Shown here: piece after piece, positions 39,029 through 46,838 of the stretch | Numbering within the stretch: the stretch's first letter is position 1 | Layout: every line of letters begins with the position of its first letter | Notes under the pieces: model-generated | Databases searched by the model: none | What the model saw: the letters and a program-made list of their open reading frames with translations, nothing else | What the model was told of the DNA's origin: nothing | From: Alphaproteobacteria bacterium | Lineage (GTDB): Bacteria; Pseudomonadota; Alphaproteobacteria; UBA7887 | Direction: 5' to 3' | Assembly (NCBI GenBank): GCA_965216755.1 | Contig: CBDCGL010000011.1 | Span: 480,001-544,000, forward strand | Length of the DNA: 64,000 nt | Position numbers and translations under genes: made by a program

Positions 39029-40618
39029 ATGGCCGATCGCGTTTATCTTTACGACACGACGTTGCGGGACGGCGGCCAAACGCAGGGGGTCGATTTCGGC
39101 GTGGCCGATAAAATCGCGATCGCGCGTGAGCTGGACGCACTTGGCGTCGACTATATCGAGGCCGGCTGGCCTGGTGCCAACCCGACCGACGACGCCATTT
39201 TCGAAGGACCACCGGCCCTCAAAACGGCCAAGCTGGTCGCTTTCGGCATGACCCGTCGCACCGGGCGCAGCGCCGACAACGATCCGTCATTGGCGGCGGT
39301 CATAAATGGTAGTCCCGGGCGTGCGTGTTTGGTCGGCAAAGCATGGGACTATCAGGTCACCACCGCGCTCGGCGTGGATATCGAGGAAAACTTGGCAATG
39401 ATCCGCGACAGCGTGGCACTGGCGGCACAACGCCTTGACGAAGCCATGTACGACGCCGAGCATTTCTTCGATGGTTACAAGGCCAATCCAGACTATGCGC
39501 TCGCGTGTTTGAAGGCGGCCCATGAGGCAGGCGCGAGATGGATCATTTTATGCGATACCAATGGCGGGACTTTGCCGCACGAGGTTGAGTCAATCGTGTC
39601 GGAGGTGGTCAAGCACATTCCCGGTGATTGCTTGGGCATTCATTGCCACAACGACAGCGACACTGCGGTGGCCAGTTCTTTGGCTGCGGTCCGCGCGGGC
39701 GTGCGCCAGGTTCAAGCGACCATGAATGGTCTTGGCGAGCGATGCGGCAACGCCAATCTCGTTTCCATCGCCGCCAATCTGGCGCTCAAGACGGACTATG
39801 AGATCGGCATCGATGAACAGGGCCTTCAAAGGCTGACACATGTTTCGCGACTCGTCGACGAGCGGCTCAATCGCAGCCACGATCGCGGCGCGCCGTTCGT
39901 TGGTGAATCAGCATTCGCCCACAAGGGCGGATTGCACGTTTCCGCCGTCGCACGCGATCCACGCACCTATGAGCACGTCACCCCCGAAGCGATTGGCAAT
40001 CAACGCGCAGTCGTAGTTTCGGACCAGGCGGGCCGGTCGAATATCGTCATGCGTTTGGCGGAACTCGGGGTCGACGTGGATCCAAAAAGCGATGCGCTCG
40101 GCAGGTTGGTCGAAGCCGTCAAAGGTCTGGAAGCGGAGGGATATTCGTACGATGGCGCAGACGCCAGTTTTGAGTTGTTGGCGCGGCGCACTTTGGGCAC
40201 TGTGCCCGACTATTTTCGTCTGATCTCGTTTCGCGTTCTCGACGAGCATCGCACGGACAAGGGCGGCAGCTTGGACTCACTGTCAGAAGCGACCTTGAAG
40301 ATCGAAATCGGCGACCAGCAAATCATGACCGTGGCCGAAGGCAAGGGCCCGGTCGACGCGCTGGCCGCCAGCTTGCGTAAGGCGCTCATCGACTCGTACC
40401 AGGAATTGGCGGGTATGCATTTGATCGATTACAAAGTGCGTATCCTTACACCGGAGGCGGGCACGCAAGCTGTTGTCCGCGTGATGATCGAAAGTGCCGA
40501 TCGCGGTGACCTCAATTGGTCGACGGTTGGCGTATCCGACAATGTGATACGGGCATCCTATGACGCGCTCCGCGACGCGATCAATTGGCGCTTGATGCAT
40601 GCCGACCGCACGGCCTGA
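39029..40618 (+). CDS. cimA: Citramalate synthase
   Basis: DTTLRDG.Q, GWPGANP, DAEHFFDG, LCDTNGG, HCHND, AFAHKGG.H. Confidence 0.93.
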   Translation: MADRVYLYDTTLRDGGQTQGVDFGVADKIAIARELDALGVDYIEAGWPGANPTDDAIFEGPPALKTAKLVAFGMTRRTGRSADNDPSLAAVINGSPGRACLVGKAWDYQVTTALGVDIEENLAMIRDSVALAAQRLDEAMYDAEHFFDGYKANPDYALACLKAAHEAGARWIILCDTNGGTLPHEVESIVSEVVKHIPGDCLGIHCHNDSDTAVASSLAAVRAGVRQVQATMNGLGERCGNANLVSIAANLALKTDYEIGIDEQGLQRLTHVSRLVDERLNRSHDRGAPFVGESAFAHKGGLHVSAVARDPRTYEHVTPEAIGNQRAVVVSDQAGRSNIVMRLAELGVDVDPKSDALGRLVEAVKGLEAEGYSYDGADASFELLARRTLGTVPDYFRLISFRVLDEHRTDKGGSLDSLSEATLKIEIGDQQIMTVAEGKGPVDALAASLRKALIDSYQELAGMHLIDYKVRILTPEAGTQAVVRVMIESADRGDLNWSTVGVSDNVIRASYDALRDAINWRLMHADRTA

Positions 40619-40623
40619 CTCTC

Positions 40624-41433
40624 TTGGCCGGCACTGATCACACGGGGACTAGGGCGCAGGACACGGACGTGCCGCCGCTGGCGCCGGTCGTCATTTTGGT
40701 TGGCCCGCAGCTTGGGGAAAACATCGGCACGGCGGCCCGAGCCATGCTCAATTTCGGTCTCACGGATCTGCGATTGGTCAGGCCGCGTGATGGTTGGCCC
40801 AACGACAAGGCACGCGGTGCATCATCGGGTGCGACCGCCGTTATCGACGGCGCCAAGTTGTTTGACAATACCGAGAGGGCGATCGCCGACCTCGACTACG
40901 TACTGGCGTGCACCGCACGGCCCCGCGACATGACCAAGGCGGTGCAAACCCCGGGCCGCGCGGCGGAAAACTGTCGTATGCGCGCAGTGCGGGGGATTGC
41001 GACCGGTCTCTTGTTCGGACCTGAGAAACATGGCCTGGACAATGACGACGTGACGCTGGCGGACGCCATTGTCAGCATTCCAACCAATCCTGGCTTCGCT
41101 TCGCTAAACTTGGCGATGTCCGTCTTGCTGCTGGGGTATGAGTGGCTTCGAACTGCCGAAGCGACGCCCGCCGAACGACTTGACTATGGCGCAAATACGC
41201 GGCCGGCAACGAAGCAAGAGCTGTTGGGATTCTTCGGCCATTTGGAACGCGAGCTGGATGTTTGCGGGTTTCTGCGCGTTCGTGAGATGCGGCCGCGCAT
41301 GGTCCGCAATATCCGCAATATCTTTCAGCGGGCAAGCTTGTCCGAACAAGAAGTGCGGACGTTGCGTGGCATCGTTGCCGGTTTGACCCGCCGGCCGCGT
41401 CGGGCCGATGGTTGCGACCAGGATACGGTTTGA
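40624..41433 (+). CDS. trmJ: tRNA/rRNA methyltransferase, TrmJ/LasT (SPOUT) family
   Basis: PQLGENIG..ARAM.NFG, FGPE..GL.N, IP.NP.F.SLNLA; TTG start MAGTDHT inferred. Confidence 0.88.
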   Translation: MAGTDHTGTRAQDTDVPPLAPVVILVGPQLGENIGTAARAMLNFGLTDLRLVRPRDGWPNDKARGASSGATAVIDGAKLFDNTERAIADLDYVLACTARPRDMTKAVQTPGRAAENCRMRAVRGIATGLLFGPEKHGLDNDDVTLADAIVSIPTNPGFASLNLAMSVLLLGYEWLRTAEATPAERLDYGANTRPATKQELLGFFGHLERELDVCGFLRVREMRPRMVRNIRNIFQRASLSEQEVRTLRGIVAGLTRRPRRADGCDQDTV

Positions 41434-41457
41434 CTTGGTCGGGGCGCCGAGTATAGT
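41430..41457 (+). promoter_or_regulatory. Sigma70-type promoter of rpsD
   Basis: TTGACT-N16-TATAGT, followed by a leader hairpin AGCCGGCCG...CGGCCGGCT. Confidence 0.6.
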
Positions 41458-41517
41458 ACCGCGCCTTAACTCAGCCGGCCGGGACGCGGCCGGCTTTGCA
41501 ATGTTTTCGGATGTACA

Positions 41518-42132
41518 ATGAGTAAAAGACTCGGGTCGAAGTATAAAATCGACCGGCGCTTGTCACTAAACCTGTGGGGCCGGCCGAAAAGTCCGATCAA
41601 TCGCAGGGAGTATGGCCCCGGCGAACATGGTCAGCGCCGGCGCAAGGTGTCGGACTTTGGTACGCAGCTGCGCGCGAAACAAAGGCTCCGTTTCTATTAC
41701 GGCAACATCACCGAAAAACAGTTCCGCCGGATCTACAAGGAGGCTGTCAAGGCACGTGGCGATACGGGCGAGCATCTTATCGGCCTTTTGGAACGACGGC
41801 TCGACGCCGTGGTATATCGGATGCAGTTGGTGCCGACTGTGTTCGCTGCCCGGCAGTTGATCAACCACGGCCATATTCAGGTAAATGGCCGGCGGGTGAC
41901 GATTCCGAGCTATCGCCTCCGCGAGGGTGACGAGATCGAAGTTCGCGCAAAGTCAAAGCAACATCCCCTGGTTCTGGAGTCGGTCCAAAACCCCGAGAGG
42001 GACGTTCCTGACTATATCGAGATCGATTTCGATAAGCTCAAAGGCCGCATGATCCGCATACCCATGCTGGCCGATGTGCCGTATCCCGTGCAAATGGAAC
42101 CCAATCTGGTGATCGAGTATTACTCGCGCTGA
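41518..42132 (+). CDS. rpsD: 30S ribosomal protein S4
   Basis: [40 protein letters not shown]. Confidence 0.98.
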   Translation: MSKRLGSKYKIDRRLSLNLWGRPKSPINRREYGPGEHGQRRRKVSDFGTQLRAKQRLRFYYGNITEKQFRRIYKEAVKARGDTGEHLIGLLERRLDAVVYRMQLVPTVFAARQLINHGHIQVNGRRVTIPSYRLREGDEIEVRAKSKQHPLVLESVQNPERDVPDYIEIDFDKLKGRMIRIPMLADVPYPVQMEPNLVIEYYSR

Positions 42133-42158
42133 TTGGGACTTTTGTCGATGTCAACTCG

Positions 42159-42183
42159 CGCCCGCGCTTGCCGCGGGCGTTTT
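42159..42183 (+). terminator. Rho-independent terminator after rpsD
   Basis: CGCCCGCG-CTTGC-CGCGGGCG-TTTT. Confidence 0.75.
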
Positions 42184-42230
42184 AGCATGAGCCTCGGTCT
42201 CAATTGCGGGTCTCGATTCATCGTGTTAGA

Positions 42231-42253
42231 TTTCTGAACGATCAGTTTGGTAT
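42231..42253. promoter_or_regulatory. Putative TetR operator, site 1
   Basis: TTTCTGAACGATCAGTTTGGTAT; 20/23 identical to the reverse complement of 42901-42923. Confidence 0.7.
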
Positions 42254-42261
42254 TTGAAGGA

Positions 42262-42888
42262 ATGCCGCGCAAAAAGGAATTCGTCCCGGAGGTCGCGCTG
42301 GAAGCCGCGATGAGGCTGTTTTGGCAGAAAGGGTATGCGGCGACTTCGGTTCAAGAGCTAACCGACGTCATGGGTATCAATCGTTTCAGCCTCTATGACA
42401 CGTTCGGTGACAAACACACCCTCTATCTCGCAGCGATAGACCTCTATTGCACGGAGGTAACGTCGGCTTTGCTTGTGACACTGGACGCCGATGATGGTGT
42501 GGTGGCCATTCGCTCCTATTTTCGGCAGCTAGTGAGAGCGTTGGCCACCGAAATCGGCCGCGACGGTTGTCTCGTTCAAAATGCGACGCTGGAACTTGCG
42601 GTGCGCGATCGTGCCGTGTCAGAGAAAACGAAGGCAATAAACCGGCTGGTTGAGCACAAATTCGAAGCCGCAATTAGGCGCGCGCAGAAGCATGGCGCGA
42701 TCGACAAGAAACTGAATGCGGGTGTTGGTGCGATTTCTTTGTTTGCGCTGGCACAGGGGCTAATTGTCCTGGCCAAGGACGGTCGGGACGCTGACGCGAT
42801 GGGCCGAATCCTCGGGTTCGTCCAAGAAGAACTCGATCGCTGGCGGTCGTTCGATTGTCCGCCGGGCACCGGTGGAAAAGGGGCATAA
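42262..42888 (+). CDS. TetR/AcrR-family transcriptional regulator (NemR/ComR-like)
   Basis: MPRKKEF....LEAAM.LFW.KGY..TS..EL...MGI.R.SLY.TFGDK..L; GCLV. Confidence 0.93.
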   Translation: MPRKKEFVPEVALEAAMRLFWQKGYAATSVQELTDVMGINRFSLYDTFGDKHTLYLAAIDLYCTEVTSALLVTLDADDGVVAIRSYFRQLVRALATEIGRDGCLVQNATLELAVRDRAVSEKTKAINRLVEHKFEAAIRRAQKHGAIDKKLNAGVGAISLFALAQGLIVLAKDGRDADAMGRILGFVQEELDRWRSFDCPPGTGGKGA

Positions 42889-42900
42889 TTTTTTTGTCTC

Positions 42901-42923
42901 ATACCTAACTGAACGTTCCGAAA
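42901..42923. promoter_or_regulatory. Putative TetR operator, site 2
   Basis: ATACCTAACTGAACGTTCCGAAA, inverted copy of site 1, just upstream of the dehalogenase RBS. Confidence 0.7.
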
Positions 42924-42947
42924 ATCTGTAACACGAGGAGCTTAGCA

Positions 42948-43928
42948 ATGTTGAGACTAGACTTACGTAACCTCTCGGTGGCGTTCGGCATCTTTGCAGG
43001 TGCGGGCCTTGCGCACGCCGCCGAGAAGATTCCGCCGTTGGAGATACCTGCGGCATTTCCTTACGCGTCACACCATATCGAGGTGCTGGGGTCGCAAATG
43101 CATTACGCCGATAAGGGTAGCGGCGATCCTATCGTATTTTTGCACGGCCAACCGACGTCTTCCTACCTGTGGCGTAACATCATGCCGCATTTGGAATCAC
43201 AAGGGCGCGTGGTCGCGCCGGACAATATTGGCTTTGGTAAGTCTGACAAGCCAGACATCGCTTACACTTACGCCGACCACTATCGATATTTAGAAGGGTT
43301 CATTGAAGCGCTCGCGCTGCAAAACATCACGTTTGTGGTCCACGATTGGGGTTCGGCGCTTGGCTTTGACTATGCTGCGAACAACCCGGACAACGTCAAA
43401 GCCATTGCTTTTATGGAAGCAATCGTTGCGCCGCTCTTTCCCGCCGAGAGCTACGATGCGATGCCGCCGCAGTTGGCAGAGTTCTTCACGACCATGCGCG
43501 ATCCCGATCAAGGTCCGAACCTGATGGTCGAGCAAAATTACTTCGTCGAAGGTGTGCTACCCAACTTCATTTCCCGTGAGCTAGACCAGGCGGCGCTCGA
43601 TGTGTATCGGGAACCGTTTGTCGAAAAAGAGTCACGGTGGGCGATCAATCAATGGCCGAACGAGATTCCCATAGCCGGCCAGCCGGAGCACGTTGTTGCC
43701 GTGGTCAAAAACTACAATGCTTGGTTGTTGGAAACCGAAAAGCCGCTGTTATTCCTCTATGCGACGCCCGGTGCATTGAACCCGCCGGATTTGGTTGACT
43801 GGTGGGCGGTGCACGCGAAAAACATGGAAACTGCATATATCGGCAATGGCTTACACTTTGTGCAGGAGGATCGGCCATACGCCATAGGGCGAGAAATCGC
43901 GGACTGGTATCGGCGCATCAACAAGTAG
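42948..43928 (+). CDS. dhaA: Haloalkane dehalogenase (HLD-II-like) with Sec signal peptide
   Basis: FLHGQPTSSYLWRNI, APD.IG.G.SDKP, VHDWGSALGF, FMEAI, GLHFVQED; leader ends AHA/AE. Confidence 0.9.
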   Translation: MLRLDLRNLSVAFGIFAGAGLAHAAEKIPPLEIPAAFPYASHHIEVLGSQMHYADKGSGDPIVFLHGQPTSSYLWRNIMPHLESQGRVVAPDNIGFGKSDKPDIAYTYADHYRYLEGFIEALALQNITFVVHDWGSALGFDYAANNPDNVKAIAFMEAIVAPLFPAESYDAMPPQLAEFFTTMRDPDQGPNLMVEQNYFVEGVLPNFISRELDQAALDVYREPFVEKESRWAINQWPNEIPIAGQPEHVVAVVKNYNAWLLETEKPLLFLYATPGALNPPDLVDWWAVHAKNMETAYIGNGLHFVQEDRPYAIGREIADWYRRINK

Positions 43929-44083
43929 ATTGGGTTTTGGCGCCGGAGATTTTTTCGTTGTTCCCTAACCCCCCTTTCGGAAGCGCTGCGTGTTTAAGGG
44001 CAGACCGGCAAGACACGGTCACGCCATCACCAACAACGCAACGTCACCAGCAACACATCAACGCTTCTTAGGGGACTTGACCA

Positions 44084-44596
44084 ATGAACGCACTTCTGAA
44101 GATTTCCGCCGCCGTCGCCGCTTTGACTGTGGTTTCCGTTTCGGCCGCCTCGGCTGACGACATCAACTTCGACTTCACCAAAGTTAAGCAAAAAGCCGCC
44201 GTCGTGAACGTTCTGTCGAACAACGACTTCGGCCCCGGTACCGGCGCCAAGAAGGGCGGTTTGACGGTCAACGGTGTGGTCCAGGACGCGGTCATCGCCG
44301 AAGGCAATGCCACGGTCGCGGTCGGCAACTACGCCGAGGCCTACACCCGCATCGGTACGCTCGAGAACGGTGAGGTCAACGGTGTTCTGCAACGTGCCGT
44401 GATCGCCAAGAACAACGTCAACGTCGCCGCCGGCAACTATGCCTACAGCCGCTTGCACATCGGCACGGCGCGTGACTTCGAGATCAACGGTGTCGTCCAG
44501 CAGGCCGTGATCGCCAAGGACAACGCGGTCGTTTCCGTCGGCAACCACACCACCGCTTGCATGGAAATCGGCACGCTCGGCACCCCCACCTGCTAA
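44084..44596 (+). CDS. Secreted protein with three 36-aa N/G/V/A-rich repeats (functional-amyloid / beta-solenoid-like)
   Basis: Signal peptide ending ASA/DD; repeats start at 44267, 44375 and 44483 (108-bp period); C-terminal Cys pair; strongly C-ending codon usage; own terminator. Confidence 0.85.
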   Translation: MNALLKISAAVAALTVVSVSAASADDINFDFTKVKQKAAVVNVLSNNDFGPGTGAKKGGLTVNGVVQDAVIAEGNATVAVGNYAEAYTRIGTLENGEVNGVLQRAVIAKNNVNVAAGNYAYSRLHIGTARDFEINGVVQQAVIAKDNAVVSVGNHTTACMEIGTLGTPTC

Positions 44597-44621
44597 GCAA
44601 CGCCAAATCCACCGCTTACAC

Positions 44622-44657
44622 GGCGGAACCCGCGGCAAAGTCCCGGGTTCCGCCTTT
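44622..44657 (+). terminator. Rho-independent terminator
   Basis: GGCGGAACCCG-N11-CGGGTTCCGCC-TTT. Confidence 0.75.
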
Positions 44658-44720
44658 CCATTTCGGATCACCGAAGCGCGCCGCCCGTGGGGACGTTGCT
44701 TTCGTCCCCAACAAAAAAAC

Positions 44721-44825
44721 TAGAGCATTTCACGCTCACATGCGTTCGCATGACATGCTCTATTTAACTGATATCGATCAATTTACCTTCGTTCAACCAA
44801 CTCCGTTTGAACGAAGATTGATCTA
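44721..44825. repeat. ~105-bp double-hairpin intergenic repeat, copy 2
   Basis: TAGAGCAT...ATGCTCTA hairpin plus GATCAAT..CTTCGTTCAA...TTGAACGAAGATTGATC hairpin; matches 10217-10321. Confidence 0.9.
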
Positions 44826-45068
44826 ACCGCTGGCCCGATGCTTCGGGTTGAAAACGCGCTTGGATGACGCTGGCGCCCTTGCCAGCCGATCTGCCGGCCG
44901 GATTGGCCGGCGCACCAATTCACCGCCGCAATTTGGGCAGCGACCTTGCAAAATCGTCGCCGCGCAGTCGCGGCAGAATGTGCACTCGAACGAACAGATC
45001 ACCGCATCGTTTGTGTCTGGTGGCAAGTTGCGGTCGCAACACTCGCAGTTCGGGCGCAGTTCAAGCAT
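44823..45068 (-). CDS. DUF1272-family small Cys-rich protein
   Basis: MLELRPNCECCD..LP....A.ICSFECTFC..C......CPNCGGELV.RP.R. Confidence 0.92.
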   Translation of the reverse strand: MLELRPNCECCDRNLPPDTNDAVICSFECTFCRDCAATILQGRCPNCGGELVRRPIRPADRLARAPASSKRVFNPKHRASG

Positions 45069-45216
45069 CGTCCAAGCAATTCCTTCATCCAACACGCGAT
45101 CAGACTCAATCATGGCGATTGTGCCACTGTCCGCCAGGTTCATCACGGCATCAATGTTGGCCTTTGTTTCCCTGCCATGACTTTTGGGCGGCGACATGCA
45201 TCAAATGCTTGGATCG

Positions 45217-45232
45217 TGGCCGACTCCTTGCT
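45217..45232 (+). promoter_or_regulatory. Possible sigma54 (-24/-12) promoter upstream of the Mo-hydroxylase operon
   Basis: TGGCCGACTCCTTGCT (GG-N10-GC), ~270 bp before the first ATG. Confidence 0.35.
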
Positions 45233-45499
45233 AAGTCATAGGGGCATTGTCCGGGGCCGGGGTCAGCACGGAATGTCGCAACCTGTCGAATGACAGTGTT
45301 CGCCCGATAAACCGTAACGCCTTGCGCCTATGTTTAAGTGCCGGCACAGTGCGCGTGCAAACGCATCCCGCATAGAGGTTTCACGATTGATGGTGCGTTC
45401 GGTGCCATCGCGCAAACGATTGCGGTGGTTACCGGCATGCCGGGTTGATTGAGCAACGCACGCGAGGCGAATCAGAACGCAAGGGGAGGCAATTGGCCC

Positions 45500-46360
45500 A
45501 TGCGATACGAGGCTCCCACAACGGTTGACGACGCGGTAGCGTTGCTCGCAAATGGACAAGGTATGAATAAGGTCCTGTCGGGCGGCACGGATTTGCTCGT
45601 CCAACTACGCGCCGGCTTGATCGAGCCGGATCTTATCGTCGATATCAAGAAAATCGACGAAATGCGGTCGATCAGCGCCGAAGATGGCGGTTTTCGCATT
45701 GGTGCTGGTGTAACCGGTGCCGAGCTCGGCGAACATCAGGCACTAAAGGCAGCTTGGCCCGGAGTCGTTGAGGGCACGGAGCTGATTGGTTCGACGCAGG
45801 TTCAAGGTCGTGCAACCATCGGCGGCAATTTATGCAATGCCTCCCCGGCTGCCGACAGCGTCCCGGCGATGATTGCCGCAGGCGCCATTGCCTCGGTGGC
45901 GGGGCCGAACGGTCGTCGCGATGTGCCAATTGAAGACATCGTCACCGGACCAGGACAGACCTCACTGGCAAGGGATGAAATCGTTGTTTCGTTCTTCCTG
46001 CCGGCGCGACCGGCTCATGCGGGCGACGCCTATCTGCGCTTCATTCCACGGACCGAAATGGATATCGCGGTGGTTGGGGCTGGCGTAAATCTGGTGCTCG
46101 ATGCGGGCGGCACGTGCACCAACGCACGGGTGTCCTTGGGCGCGGTCGCGGCGACGCCTTTGTTGGTTGCAGAAGCGGCCGATGCGCTGATCGGTACCAA
46201 AGTCGATGATGCGGCCTTGGACAAGCTGGCCACGGCAGCGAGCGCGGCTGCCAAGCCGATTGACGACAAACGCGGCACCAAAGAGTTTCGAATTAAGGTT
46301 TCCGGCGTATTGGCTCGAAGGGCGGCAAAGCAAGCGCTTGAGCGGGCGGGGAGTCACTAA
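45500..46360 (+). CDS. Xanthine dehydrogenase-family FAD-binding subunit (CoxM/CutM-like)
   Basis: GGTDLL, IGS.Q...RATIGGNLCNASPAAD, PIDDKRGT.EFR. Confidence 0.92.
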   Translation: MRYEAPTTVDDAVALLANGQGMNKVLSGGTDLLVQLRAGLIEPDLIVDIKKIDEMRSISAEDGGFRIGAGVTGAELGEHQALKAAWPGVVEGTELIGSTQVQGRATIGGNLCNASPAADSVPAMIAAGAIASVAGPNGRRDVPIEDIVTGPGQTSLARDEIVVSFFLPARPAHAGDAYLRFIPRTEMDIAVVGAGVNLVLDAGGTCTNARVSLGAVAATPLLVAEAADALIGTKVDDAALDKLATAASAAAKPIDDKRGTKEFRIKVSGVLARRAAKQALERAGSH

Positions 46361-46836
46361 TGTCTAAAATTCACGTCACGACCACCGTCAATGGTGATGA
46401 GGCCGAGTTCTTGTGCGAGGCCGACGAAACGCTCTTGGACGTGTTGCGCGACCAGTTGCATCTGACCGGCAGCAAAGAGGGTTGCGGCTCGGGCGACTGT
46501 GGCGCATGTAGCGTGATGCTGGACGGCCGATTGGTGTGTTCGTGCTTGGTGCTGGGCGCCGAAGTTGGTGGCCGCGCGGTGGAGACGATCGAAGGCATGG
46601 CCGACGGCGAAAAGCTTCATCCCTTGCAACAGCGCTTCTTGGATCATGCGGCGCTGCAATGCGGTATCTGCACACCTGGTTTCCTGATCGCGGCAAAGGC
46701 ATTGCTGGAAAAGAACCCGGATCCAACCGAGACAGAAGTACGGTATTGGCTGGCCGGGAACCTGTGCCGCTGCACGGGTTATGACAAGATCATAAGGGCC
46801 GTCATGGACACGGCCGCCGAGATGAGAGGATCGTGA
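46360..46836 (+). CDS. Xanthine dehydrogenase-family [2Fe-2S] subunit (CoxS-like)
   Basis: GSKEGC.SGDCGAC, QCGICTPG, GNLCRCTGY. Confidence 0.95.
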   Translation: MSKIHVTTTVNGDEAEFLCEADETLLDVLRDQLHLTGSKEGCGSGDCGACSVMLDGRLVCSCLVLGAEVGGRAVETIEGMADGEKLHPLQQRFLDHAALQCGICTPGFLIAAKALLEKNPDPTETEVRYWLAGNLCRCTGYDKIIRAVMDTAAEMRGS

Positions 46837-46838
46837 CC

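Noticed and set aside
44027-44671. 214-aa minus-strand repeat ORF
   Set aside because: Antisense to the secreted repeat protein; its openness is explained by the strong codon bias of the sense gene.
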